A stretch of 64,000 nucleotides of DNA from Planctomycetota bacterium (GTDB taxonomy: Bacteria > Planctomycetota > UBA8108 > SXIK01), in the NCBI GenBank assembly GCA_965223845.1, contig CBDCXR010000004.1, positions 4,864,001-4,928,000 of the forward strand, in the 5' to 3' direction. Positions 49,232 through 58,937 of this stretch are shown piece after piece; the stretch's first letter is position 1; every line of letters starts with the position of its first letter. The notes beneath the pieces were generated by a model. The model was not told the origin of the DNA, did not search any database, and saw only the letters and a list, made by a program, of their open reading frames with translations. The translations under genes and the position numbers were made by a program.

Positions 49232-50218
49232 ATGCGCGCCCTGATTCTCGAAGCTGCGCGTAGACCGCTCCGAGAGATCGAGACTCCGCGCCCCGCGCCG
49301 GATTCCCATCAGCTCCTCATCCGCGTCGAAGCATGTGCGGTCTGCCGGACGGATCTCCACGTCTACGACGGCGAGCTCCCCGATCCCAAGCTTCCTCTCA
49401 TCCTCGGCCACGAAATCGTCGGAGTCGTCGTCGCGAACGGACGAAGCGCGTCCCGGTTCTCGCCCGGCGATCGGGTGGGCGTGCCGTGGCTCGGGTCGAC
49501 CTGTACTCAGTGCCGCTACTGCGCGAGCGAGCGCGAGAACCTTTGCGAAAACGCGGAGTTCACCGGCTACACGATCGATGGCGGCTACGCTGAGTACACC
49601 GTGGCCGACGAACGCTACTGCTTCCGGGTTCCATCCGAATACTCCCCGGCAGAAGCCGCACCGCTCTTCTGCGCGGGGTTGATCGGATACCGATCTCTCA
49701 AGAAGACCGGCGACGCACGTCGACTCGGGATCTACGGTTTCGGGTCGGCTGCGCGGATCGTCTCTCAGATCGCGATCCATCAAGGGCGCGAGGTGTACGC
49801 GTTCACCCGTCGCGGCGACGCGGATTCGCAGGCCGCTGCGACGAAGCTCGGGGCGGTGTGGGCGGGCGACTCGGAAGCGCCACCTCCCGATTCGCTCGAT
49901 GCCGCCATCCTCTTCGCTCCCGCCGGCGAGCTCGTGCCGCGCGCCCTCCGTGCGGTCGCTCCGGGAGGAACGGTCGTTTGCGGCGGAATCCACATGAGCG
50001 ACATCCCGTCCTTTCCCTATTCGATTCTGTGGGAAGAGCGGACGCTTTCTTCGGTCGCGAATCTGACCCGGAGGGACGGCGAAGAGTTTCTCGCCCTCGC
50101 GCCGAAGGTGCCGATCCGAATGGCCATCGAGCCGTTTCCGCTCGGCCGAGCCAATGAAGCCCTCGACCGACTCCGCCGCGGCCAACTCGACGGGACGGCC
50201 GTGCTCACGACCGAGTGA
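49232..50218 (+). CDS. Zinc-dependent alcohol dehydrogenase (AdhP-like)
   Basis: CRTDLH, GHEIVG, CTQCRYC...C, APLFCAG and YGFG. Confidence 0.92.
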   Translation: MRALILEAARRPLREIETPRPAPDSHQLLIRVEACAVCRTDLHVYDGELPDPKLPLILGHEIVGVVVANGRSASRFSPGDRVGVPWLGSTCTQCRYCASERENLCENAEFTGYTIDGGYAEYTVADERYCFRVPSEYSPAEAAPLFCAGLIGYRSLKKTGDARRLGIYGFGSAARIVSQIAIHQGREVYAFTRRGDADSQAAATKLGAVWAGDSEAPPPDSLDAAILFAPAGELVPRALRAVAPGGTVVCGGIHMSDIPSFPYSILWEERTLSSVANLTRRDGEEFLALAPKVPIRMAIEPFPLGRANEALDRLRRGQLDGTAVLTTE

Positions 50219-50278
50219 GTGACGAACAAACGCCCCCGCTCATCGGCGATCCGCCGTTCCTCCGGGATGCAATCCACT

Positions 50279-50307
50279 TTCCAGCCGATGCGGGGATTCC
50301 GTATAAT
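50279..50307 (+). promoter_or_regulatory. Possible sigma70 promoter for the PSD1-DUF1501 pair
   Basis: TATAAT at 50302-50307 with a weak -35 (TTCCAG) 17 nt upstream. Confidence 0.35.
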
Positions 50308-50381
50308 TGTAGGTTTCGTGGGCGCATCGTCGGATCGACGCCCAGTTTCGAGTCAGCGCGAGAATGACGGGAACTCTGCGG

Positions 50382-52922
50382 ATGATGTTGAGGAAGATCA
50401 GAGCCGCGGCCCTCGGGTGCGCACTCGCTCTCGGCACGGTGGGCTCCGGTCCGAACGGCGCCGCGGCCGCCGAGCCGAAAGAGGTCGAGCTCACCCGCGC
50501 GGAACGAGAGGCGTTCTTCGTCAAGGACGTCTGGCCGATCCTCGAAGACAGCTGCGTGAAGTGTCACGGCAGCCAGCGCGTGAAGAACGGTCTCCGACTC
50601 GACAGTCGCGCGGCGATCCTGCGCGGCGGCGAGCGCGGTCCGGCCGTCTCGGCCGACAACCCGAAAGCGAGTCTCCTCCTCCACGCGGTCAGCTACCGCG
50701 ACGAAAACTTGGAGATGCCGCCGATCGGAAAGCTCGCCGATGAGAAGATCGCGATCCTCTCGCGCTGGGTGCGCCTCGGGCTTCCTTGGAAGGAGGGTAT
50801 CGGCTCGACGGAGACGGCGGCCCCGGAGGCGCACGCCGCACCGCTGGTCACGCCCGAGGCGAAGAATTTTTGGTCGTTTCTCCCGATCACTCGCCCCGCG
50901 ACGCCCCAGGTCGCGAGCGCGGAGTGGCCACGAAACCCGATCGATCACTTTGTCCTCGCCGGGCTCGAGGCTCGCGGGATCGAGCCCGCGAAACCGGCCG
51001 AGAAGATCGCGCTCTTCCGTCGCGTCGCGTTCGATCTCACCGGTCTTCCGCCGACTCCCGAACAAACTCGCGAGTTCGTCGCGGATCAGCGGCCGACGGC
51101 GTACGAAGACGCGGTGGATCGACTGCTCGACTCCCCGCAGTTCGGCGAACGCTGGGCGCGGCACTGGCTCGATCTCGTCCGGTTCGGCGAGACCCACAGC
51201 TTCGAGCGCGACAATCGGAAGCCGAACGCCTGGCGATATCGCGACTACGTGATTCGCTCGCTGAACGACGACAAGCCGTACAACCAGTTCGTGCTCGAGC
51301 AACTCGCCGGGGATGAGCTCGACGAACCGACCGCTGATTCGATCACCGCGACGGCGTTCTACCGGCTCGGACCGTGGGATGACGAACCGACGGATCGTCT
51401 TCAGGCGCGCTACGATGAGTACGACGACGTCATCACGACGACCGGTCAGGCCTTTCTCGGGCTCACCGTGAACTGCGCGCGCTGTCACGACCACAAGCTC
51501 GACCCGATTCCGCAGGAAGACTACTACCGTCTGCTCGCGTTTTTCCACAACGTGACACCGACGGGCCGCGGACGCGTGGACTCGATCCAGGCGGACATCA
51601 CATCCGAAATGGACCGGGAAGCCATCGAGCGAGAAAAAGTCGCGCTCGCGGAACAGCGCGAGGACGTTCGCCGGCAGATCGAGGCCCTCGAGTCGGTCGT
51701 CGTCTCGAAGCTGCCGAAAGATCTTCGCGTGGCCGCGAAGGACGGGGATAGGCGGAAACGGCTCATCACCGAGAATCTGTCGAAGCAGCTCTGCAAGGAA
51801 GAGCTAGCGCGTTACCGGGAGCTCGAAGAAGTAGAGAAGAGACTCGCGCAGCGAAAGGTGACGAAGAGCGATACGAAGACGCTCGCCGTGCGCGAGGAGG
51901 GAACGTCGGCGCCGGAGACGTTCGTTCTCGTTCGCGGCAATGCGCACGTGCGCGGGAAGAAGGTGGAGCCGGGCTTTCCGAAGGTCCTCGGCGGTGACGG
52001 TCCGGCGGAGATTCCGGCGCCGCGCGAGGGATCGGCGACGAGCGGACGTCGTCGCGTCCTCGCCAAATGGATCGCTAGCGATAGGAATCCGCTCACCGCG
52101 CGCGTCATCGTCAATCGCCTGTGGCAGCACCTCTTCGACCGGGGCATCGTCGCGTCGCCGAACAACTTCGGACGACTCGGCGCGCCGCCGACGCATCCGA
52201 AGCTGCTCGATTGGCTCGCGAGCGAGCTCGTCGCGGAGGGCTGGAGCCTGAAGCACGTCATCCGCACCATCGTCACGTCGAGCACCTACCGAATGTCTTC
52301 GCGCGCGCACGCCGCGGGTCTCACAGCGGACATCGACAACGCGCACTTTTGGCGTCAGAACATGCGGCGGCTCGCCGCCGAAGAAATCCGCGACTCGATT
52401 CTCGCGATCAACGGGACGCTCAACCTCAAGATGGGCGGACCGGGCATCTACACGATCATCCCCCGCGAAGTTCTCCAGGGTCAGTCGCGCCCGGGTTCAG
52501 GCTGGGGAAAGTCATCGGACGAAGAGCGGTCGCGGCGGAGCGTCTACATTCACGTGAAGCGCTCGCTGATCACGCCGTTTCTCGTGACGTACGATTTCGC
52601 GGACACCGACAGCAGTTGTCCCGTGCGCTTCACGACGACGCAGCCGACGCAAGCACTCACGATGCTGAACAGCGAGTTCATGCAGCGCGAGACGAAGCGG
52701 TTTGCGGAACGCCTCCGACGCGAGGCGCCGAACCGCGTCGCGGACCAGGTTCGCCGTGCACTCGAGCTCACGCTGTCACGCGACGCCCGTCCGGAAGAGA
52801 TCGAGCGCGGCGTCGACCTGATTCGCGATCTCACCGAGAACGAGAAACTGACGCCCGAGCGCGCCCTCGAAATGTTCGCGCTCCTCGCTCTCAACCTGAA
52901 CGAGTTCCTTTACCTCGACTAA
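50382..52922 (+). CDS. PSCyt1 + DUF1549 + DUF1553 protein
   Basis: CVKCH and CARCHDHK; RRVAFDLTGLPPT, THPKLLDWLA and NLNEFLYLD. Start 50364, 50382 or 50385. Confidence 0.9.
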   Translation: MMLRKIRAAALGCALALGTVGSGPNGAAAAEPKEVELTRAEREAFFVKDVWPILEDSCVKCHGSQRVKNGLRLDSRAAILRGGERGPAVSADNPKASLLLHAVSYRDENLEMPPIGKLADEKIAILSRWVRLGLPWKEGIGSTETAAPEAHAAPLVTPEAKNFWSFLPITRPATPQVASAEWPRNPIDHFVLAGLEARGIEPAKPAEKIALFRRVAFDLTGLPPTPEQTREFVADQRPTAYEDAVDRLLDSPQFGERWARHWLDLVRFGETHSFERDNRKPNAWRYRDYVIRSLNDDKPYNQFVLEQLAGDELDEPTADSITATAFYRLGPWDDEPTDRLQARYDEYDDVITTTGQAFLGLTVNCARCHDHKLDPIPQEDYYRLLAFFHNVTPTGRGRVDSIQADITSEMDREAIEREKVALAEQREDVRRQIEALESVVVSKLPKDLRVAAKDGDRRKRLITENLSKQLCKEELARYRELEEVEKRLAQRKVTKSDTKTLAVREEGTSAPETFVLVRGNAHVRGKKVEPGFPKVLGGDGPAEIPAPREGSATSGRRRVLAKWIASDRNPLTARVIVNRLWQHLFDRGIVASPNNFGRLGAPPTHPKLLDWLASELVAEGWSLKHVIRTIVTSSTYRMSSRAHAAGLTADIDNAHFWRQNMRRLAAEEIRDSILAINGTLNLKMGGPGIYTIIPREVLQGQSRPGSGWGKSSDEERSRRSVYIHVKRSLITPFLVTYDFADTDSSCPVRFTTTQPTQALTMLNSEFMQRETKRFAERLRREAPNRVADQVRRALELTLSRDARPEEIERGVDLIRDLTENEKLTPERALEMFALLALNLNEFLYLD

Positions 52923-52946
52923 TACGCCAAGAGATTTCGTAGAGCC

Positions 52947-54440
52947 ATGACACCGTTCGGAACCGCATCAGCAAGCTCGGCCCCCGGCGGCGCGTTTTGC
53001 GGCCGCACGCGCCGCGAGTTCATCTGGCAGACCGGCGCGGGATTCACCTCCGTCGCGCTCACGGGAATGCTCGGCGTCGACGGTTTTCTTTCGCGACAGG
53101 CCTACGCCGCAGACGGGGTCACGCCGTATGCGAATCCGCTCGCGCCGAGAACGGCTCACACTCCCGGCAAGGCGAAAGCCGTCATTTTTCTTTTCATGTA
53201 CGGCGGACCGAGTCACGTCGACACCTTCGATCACAAGCCGATCCTCTATCGCCTCGATGGCAAGACCGTCGACGTAAAGACGAAGGGACGCGGCGGCTCG
53301 AAGAACAAGGGGCGCATCGTCGGCCCGAAGTGGAGCTTTCAGCGCTACGGGGAATCCGGCCAGTGGGTGTCGGAGCTGTTCCCGAACGTCGCTAGGTGCG
53401 TCGACGACATCGCGTTCATCAAATCGATGACCGCCGACTCGCCGCTTCATGGCTCGGCGATGCTCCAGATGAACAGCGGTCAGATCCTGAGCGGCAGTCC
53501 GTGCCTCGGTTCGTGGGTCACATACGGTCTCGGCAGCGAGAACGAAAACCTGCCCGGCTTTGTCGTCATGCTCGACCCGAAGGGCGGACCGATCAGCGGT
53601 GCGAAGAACTGGTCGAGCGGATACATGCCCGCGACCTTCCAGGGAACGCTCTTTCGCTCCGAGGGGTCGCCGATCCTCGACCTCCAGCCGCCCCAAGGAA
53701 TCACGCGTCAGACGCAGCGAAAGCTCATCGACCGCCTGAACGCCTACAACCGCGAGCACCTCGAGCCGCGGATCGACAACACGCGACTCTCGGCGCGGAT
53801 CGCCAGCTACGAGCTCGCCTACAACATGCAGATGGCTGCACCCGAGGCGACCGACCTCGCGAGCGAGAGCGAGGCGACGAAGCGGATGTACGGGCTCGAT
53901 CACAAGCGTACGGAGAGCTTCGGCCGCCGCTGTCTCCTCGCCCGACGTCTCGTCGAGCGCGGCGTGCGCTTCGTTCAGATCTACTCGGGCGGCGCTCACA
54001 ACGACGACAACTGGGACGCGCACGGCGACCTCGAGAAGAACCACAATTACCACGCGGGGAACACCGACCAGCCCATCGCCGGCCTGTTGAACGACCTCAA
54101 ACAGCGCGGCCTCCTCGAGGAGACGATCGTCATTTGGGGTGGCGAGTTTGGACGTCAGCCGACTGCAGAGTACGCGAAGGGGACGGGCCGCGACCACAAC
54201 GCCTACGGCTTTACGATGTGGATGGCCGGCGGTGGGATCAAGGGCGGCCAAAGCATCGGCGCGACGGATGAGCTCGGAAGTCGCGCGGTCGAGCGTCGCT
54301 TCCACGTGAAGCGGCTCCACGCAACCGTGCTCCATCAACTCGGCATCGATCCGAATCAGCTCACCTACTTCCACGGCGGGCTCGACAAGAAACTCGTCGG
54401 CGTCGAACACACCGAGCCGATCTGGGATTTGATCGCGTAG
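52947..54440 (+). CDS. DUF1501 family protein (Tat signal)
   Basis: TRREFI; GGPSHVDTFD; WDAH; GEFGRQP; GRDHN. Confidence 0.9.
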   Translation: MTPFGTASASSAPGGAFCGRTRREFIWQTGAGFTSVALTGMLGVDGFLSRQAYAADGVTPYANPLAPRTAHTPGKAKAVIFLFMYGGPSHVDTFDHKPILYRLDGKTVDVKTKGRGGSKNKGRIVGPKWSFQRYGESGQWVSELFPNVARCVDDIAFIKSMTADSPLHGSAMLQMNSGQILSGSPCLGSWVTYGLGSENENLPGFVVMLDPKGGPISGAKNWSSGYMPATFQGTLFRSEGSPILDLQPPQGITRQTQRKLIDRLNAYNREHLEPRIDNTRLSARIASYELAYNMQMAAPEATDLASESEATKRMYGLDHKRTESFGRRCLLARRLVERGVRFVQIYSGGAHNDDNWDAHGDLEKNHNYHAGNTDQPIAGLLNDLKQRGLLEETIVIWGGEFGRQPTAEYAKGTGRDHNAYGFTMWMAGGGIKGGQSIGATDELGSRAVERRFHVKRLHATVLHQLGIDPNQLTYFHGGLDKKLVGVEHTEPIWDLIA

Positions 54441-54539
54441 CCGAGGCTTCTCCGCGCGCTCGCTCGGCTTGTCTCGAACGGCGAACGACCGCGTGTGATG
54501 CGAAAACGCGTTCGAGACGCGCCCGAACATTCACGCCTC

Positions 54540-55442
54540 GTGAGCACACCGCGCATCCATACGATCGATCTGCTCTACCTCGACAACCCGGAGACCATCG
54601 CCGCGTACCTTGTCGAAGGTCCAGAATCTCCCGTTCTCATCGAGACCGGCCCCGAGTCGACGCTCCCCGCGCTCACCCGCGGGCTGAAGGAGATCGGGCT
54701 CGAGCCAAGGGACATTCCGAATGTCCTCGTCACGCACATTCACCTCGACCACGCCGGCGCACTCGGCTGGTGGGCGGAGCAGGGTGCCGACGTCTGGGTG
54801 CACCACCGCGGCGCACCGCACATGATCGATCCGTCGCTCCTCTGGGCGAGCGCCTCTCGGATCTACGGGAAGGATATGGAGCGGTTCTGGAAGGGGATCA
54901 CACCCGCTCCGCGCGAGCGCGTGCACGCGGTTTCGCCGGGAGAGACGATCGCGGTCGGCGGACTCGAGATCGTTCCGATCGACACCCCGGGACATGCGGG
55001 CCATCACTTCGCGTACCGAGTCGGTGACATCGCGTTCGTCGGCGACGTGACCGGGATCCGCGTTCCCGGGCTGCCCTTCGTCGATCTGCCGATGCCTCCG
55101 CCCGAGTTCAAGCTCGAGTTATGGCTCGAGAGTCTCGATCGCCTCGAAAGCGAAAACCTGGGTGCGATCTATCCGACGCACTTCGACCGCGTCGAGGACG
55201 TCGCGGGGCAGCTCGACGCCGCGCGCTCGGGCCTCCGAGCAGAGGTCGACTTTATCGCGAAGAAGGTCGACGAAGGACTCGAGCGCGACGCGATCGTCGC
55301 AGAGTTCGACACGTTCAATCGCGCGAGAGCGAGCGCATCGGGACTGAGCGACGAGGAGGTCGATCGTTTCAAAACGGCGAGTCCGGTGTACATGTCGGTC
55401 GACGGAGTCCTCCGCTACCTGAAGAAGAAGGCGGATCGATAG
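54540..55442 (+). CDS. Metallo-beta-lactamase-fold hydrolase
   Basis: THIHLDHAG, TPGHAGHH, FVGD and PTHF. GTG start inferred. Confidence 0.88.
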   Translation: MSTPRIHTIDLLYLDNPETIAAYLVEGPESPVLIETGPESTLPALTRGLKEIGLEPRDIPNVLVTHIHLDHAGALGWWAEQGADVWVHHRGAPHMIDPSLLWASASRIYGKDMERFWKGITPAPRERVHAVSPGETIAVGGLEIVPIDTPGHAGHHFAYRVGDIAFVGDVTGIRVPGLPFVDLPMPPPEFKLELWLESLDRLESENLGAIYPTHFDRVEDVAGQLDAARSGLRAEVDFIAKKVDEGLERDAIVAEFDTFNRARASASGLSDEEVDRFKTASPVYMSVDGVLRYLKKKADR

Positions 55443-55487
55443 CGGCTCTCCCCCACGAATCTCTCCCCTTTTCACCAAGCCGAGGCG

Positions 55488-57098
55488 ATGGGACACACAC
55501 GAGCACGACTTCCCCGCCTGCCCCGCGAACGCCTCACACTCATCCTTTTCCTCGTCGTTCCTCTCACCCGCACTGCACCCCTCCGCTCCCAAGTCGACCC
55601 AAACGAAACGACGGGACTCGTCCGAGGGCCGTACCTACAAGCTCTCCTCCAAGACTCGGTCGAGATCATTTGGGCTACCCGCGGGCTCGCCGATCGAGGC
55701 GGTGTCCGCTTCGCTCCCCCCGACGGAGAGATGACGACGATCTCGGAAGACGCCGAATTCACCTGTCGCCCGCTCGAAGAGGGAGAGACCTGTCGTCGCG
55801 TTCGCATCGGCGGACTCGCGAGCGCAACGGAGTATCGCTACGAGATTCTGAGCGGTGACGAAGCTCTCTCAGCGCGAGACGTCTACCATTTCCGCACCCC
55901 TCCCCCGCGGGGAGAAGGAATCGTGCGCCTCGCCGCGCTCGGAGACAGTGGAGTCGGAACGCCCGACCAGAAAGCCGTCGCCGACGTGATCGCCGCCTTC
56001 GGTATCGACGGCATCGTCCACACAGGCGACGTCGACTACGGCGGTCCGAAAGGCGATCGCGATGATACGACCTTCGGTCCGTACGCGGAGATCTTTCCGA
56101 ACGCGTGCTTCTTTCCCGCAAAGGGAAACCACGACACCGAGTACGACACATTCGAAGACCAGTTCTTCCTTCCGGGAGAGCCCGCGGCAGGAAGTGAAGA
56201 CAGTCACTTCTCGTTCGACTGGGGTAGCGCACACTTCACGATCGTCAATACGACAATCGACCTGCTCGAGGAAGACGGTTCAGCGACCGAACAACTACGT
56301 TGGCTCTGCGCCGACCTCGAGGCCGCTCGAGCCTCCGGAACGCGATGGCTCATTGTCGCGATGCACGAGCCGATGTTCTCGGTCGGACCGCAAGGGAGCG
56401 TCGTGGGCGCCGCATCGGCCGCACTCCCGGTCCGCACGCTCCTCGCACCGCTCTTCGACGCGCACGCGGTCGATCTCGTTCTCATGGGAGACGATCACAA
56501 CTACCAGCGCAGTCGACCGATCACGATGGCCGCGAAACGCGGCTGCGGCGAGTGGATCGACATGCCGTGCGACGAGGAAGATCCAACGGTTTGTTACGAG
56601 GTCCGCGAAGACGACGGCCCCTGGTACACCGATCCCGGCGGCCGCGTGTACATCGTCACCGGTGGCGGAGGCCGATGGACCTACCCCAAGCACTCCAAAG
56701 CCGACGAACGCATCAACGCCGTGTTCTACGACGTCCACCACGCCGTCGAGCTGACGATTTCGCCTGCGATGCTCCAGCTCCGCGCGGTCGATCGCGAGGG
56801 CGAAGAGATCGACCGCTTCTCGATCGCCGACGTTCGGGCGCGCCGCGGCGACATGGATTTCGATGGCAATCTCTCCATCGCCGACGCGATCGCTACGCTT
56901 CAGTTCCTCTTCGTTGGAACGGACGTCGAATGTCCCCAGGTCGGAGATACGAACGACGATCACGGCCTCTCGATCGTTGATCCGATCTACGTGCTCAATC
57001 ATCTCTTCGGTGACGGTCCGCCGCCAGCGCCACCCTATCCCGAGTGCGGGAGGATCACCGCCGCTTCGAGTGGATTCTGTCGGCGGAACGGCTGCTGA
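55488..57098 (+). CDS. Secreted purple-acid-phosphatase-like metallophosphoesterase with an FN3-like N-domain and C-terminal dockerin-like domain
   Basis: RGPYLQ, GDSG, TGDVDY, GNHD, MHEP, GDDHNY and TGGGG; RRGDMDFDG...GDTNDD. Confidence 0.88.
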   Translation: MGHTRARLPRLPRERLTLILFLVVPLTRTAPLRSQVDPNETTGLVRGPYLQALLQDSVEIIWATRGLADRGGVRFAPPDGEMTTISEDAEFTCRPLEEGETCRRVRIGGLASATEYRYEILSGDEALSARDVYHFRTPPPRGEGIVRLAALGDSGVGTPDQKAVADVIAAFGIDGIVHTGDVDYGGPKGDRDDTTFGPYAEIFPNACFFPAKGNHDTEYDTFEDQFFLPGEPAAGSEDSHFSFDWGSAHFTIVNTTIDLLEEDGSATEQLRWLCADLEAARASGTRWLIVAMHEPMFSVGPQGSVVGAASAALPVRTLLAPLFDAHAVDLVLMGDDHNYQRSRPITMAAKRGCGEWIDMPCDEEDPTVCYEVREDDGPWYTDPGGRVYIVTGGGGRWTYPKHSKADERINAVFYDVHHAVELTISPAMLQLRAVDREGEEIDRFSIADVRARRGDMDFDGNLSIADAIATLQFLFVGTDVECPQVGDTNDDHGLSIVDPIYVLNHLFGDGPPPAPPYPECGRITAASSGFCRRNGC

Positions 57099-57110
57099 GA
57101 AGAGAGGCAA

Positions 57111-57282
57111 ACCACGAAGGGCACGAAGGACACGAAGGGAAGATAGGGATGAACACGGAGATCAGGGGAGCGGAGCGGGAACGACCCCGCATCGTCTAAA
57201 CCGTCCTTATTCCCCTATCTCTGCCATCTCTTATCTCGTAATTCTTATCTCTTCCCTTCGTGTCCTTCGTGCCCTTCGTGGT
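57111..57282. repeat. 172-bp palindromic element with perfect 33-bp terminal inverted repeats built from 9-bp CACGAAGGR units (REP/MITE-like)
   Basis: 57111-57143 ACCACGAAGGGCACGAAGGACACGAAGGGAAGA is the exact reverse complement of 57250-57282. Confidence 0.9.
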
Positions 57283-57401
57283 GATATCCTCTTCGAGATT
57301 CGCAAACGGAAGACGACGCTCCACCTCCGCCGCTTGCCCCTCGGAATCGCCCCGTGAATCGAGTACGTTGGGACGCGTCCGAACCGACGACGAGGTGACG
57401 A

Positions 57402-58796
57402 ATGCTCACGATCTCGACCGGTGACCCGCGATTTGACTGCCGCGGCATCGCGCGCCGCGATGTCCTCCGCATCGGTGCGCTCGGACTCGGCGCGTGGACG
57501 CTCCCCGGGCTGCTTCGCGCGCGCGCCGAAGCCGCCGCGCTCGGAGGCTCTCTCGAGAACAGGTCGGAGGAGAAGTCCGTCGTCCTCCTCTTCCTCGCCG
57601 GCGGCGCGAGCCACATCGAGACCTTCGATCCGCACATCGACGCTCCACGCGGGACGCGGAGCACCACGGGAGAGGTCCCGACGACGATCCCCGGTGTGAC
57701 ATTCGGCGGCAACTTTCCGAAGCTCGCACGCCTCGCCGATCGAATGGCGATCGTCCGCTCGTTCCAGCACCGAACGACCGATCATGCCCGCGCGATCCGT
57801 GAGGTGATCACCGCGGGGAACGAGCTCGAGGCCGGCATGGGTGCTCTCTACGCGCGCCTTCGCGGCGCGACGAATCCCGAGACCGGTCTTCCGACGAGCG
57901 CGCTCGTTTCGACGGAGGAAGTCGATCGTCAGTACCGGAAGGAGCGCCAGCGGATCGCCGTCGGCGCGAGCCCGGGAAAGCTTTCGAAGGCGTACGCGCC
58001 GTTCGACCCGGCGGGCGGGAGTGAGTCGCTCGACAACATGCGGCTCCACGTTCCCGAGGAGCGTCTTCTCGGCCGGCGTCGACTCCTCCGCGCGCTCGAC
58101 GGCGTTCGGCGCGAGATCGACGCGAAGGGAGCACCCGGCGTCGTCGACAGGTACCGCGAGCAGGCGATCGATCTCATCCTCCGCGGTGCGAACGACGCGC
58201 TCGATCTCGAACGCGAAGATCCACGCGTCCTCGAGCGATATGACACGAGTGGACACCGCGTCGGCCACAAGACGTTTCGCGCGTGCACCCTCGGACGCCA
58301 GATGCTCATGGCGCGGCGACTCTGTGAGGCCGGCTGCGGATTCGTTACGGTGCAGAACTGCGGCTGGGACATGCACGCCGACGGGAACAATCCGGGCATC
58401 GTTAAGGGCATGAACATGCTCGGCACGCCACTCGACCACGCGGTGTCGGCATTCCTCGAAGACGTCGAGGAGCGTGGCCTCTCCGACAAGATCCTCCTCG
58501 TCATCACCGGCGACTTCGGTCGCACGCCGAAGGTGAACAAGCGCGGTGGACGCGATCACTGGTCGCGTCTTTCAACGCTCGCTCTCGCCGGAGGCGGCCT
58601 TCCCATGGGACAAGTGATCGGCGCGTCCAGCCCGAAGGCCGATGTTCCGTCGACCGAACCGGTCACGCTCCGGCATCTCCTCGGCACCGTGCTCGACGTG
58701 CTCTTCGATCTGGGTGAGCTGCGGCTCGTGCGCGGAATCCCGCCGGAGATCGCCCGGATGGTTGAGGGGGCGGATACGATTCCCGGGCTCGGGTGA
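57402..58796 (+). CDS. DUF1501 family protein (Tat signal), no adjacent PSD1 partner
   Basis: ARRDVL; GGASHIETFDP; WDMH; GDFGRTP; GGRDHW; GAGGTG SD. Confidence 0.9.
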   Translation: MLTISTGDPRFDCRGIARRDVLRIGALGLGAWTLPGLLRARAEAAALGGSLENRSEEKSVVLLFLAGGASHIETFDPHIDAPRGTRSTTGEVPTTIPGVTFGGNFPKLARLADRMAIVRSFQHRTTDHARAIREVITAGNELEAGMGALYARLRGATNPETGLPTSALVSTEEVDRQYRKERQRIAVGASPGKLSKAYAPFDPAGGSESLDNMRLHVPEERLLGRRRLLRALDGVRREIDAKGAPGVVDRYREQAIDLILRGANDALDLEREDPRVLERYDTSGHRVGHKTFRACTLGRQMLMARRLCEAGCGFVTVQNCGWDMHADGNNPGIVKGMNMLGTPLDHAVSAFLEDVEERGLSDKILLVITGDFGRTPKVNKRGGRDHWSRLSTLALAGGGLPMGQVIGASSPKADVPSTEPVTLRHLLGTVLDVLFDLGELRLVRGIPPEIARMVEGADTIPGLG

Positions 58797-58816
58797 GCTT
58801 CTCGCAAGGAATTTCA

Positions 58817-58834
58817 CACGAAGGACGCGAAGGA
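58817..58834 (+). repeat. Degenerate solo arm of the CACGAAGGR repeat
   Basis: CACGAAGGA-CGCGAAGGA, 20 nt after the stop at 58796. Confidence 0.5.
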
Positions 58835-58937
58835 AAACCGAGGAGAGGGGAGGGGCGGAGGTCGGAGTCGAGGGTTCGGCCGGGGCTGGCTGGCGTGCCC
58901 GGTTTCTCATCGAAGAGGTTGATCGCTGAGGTATTCC

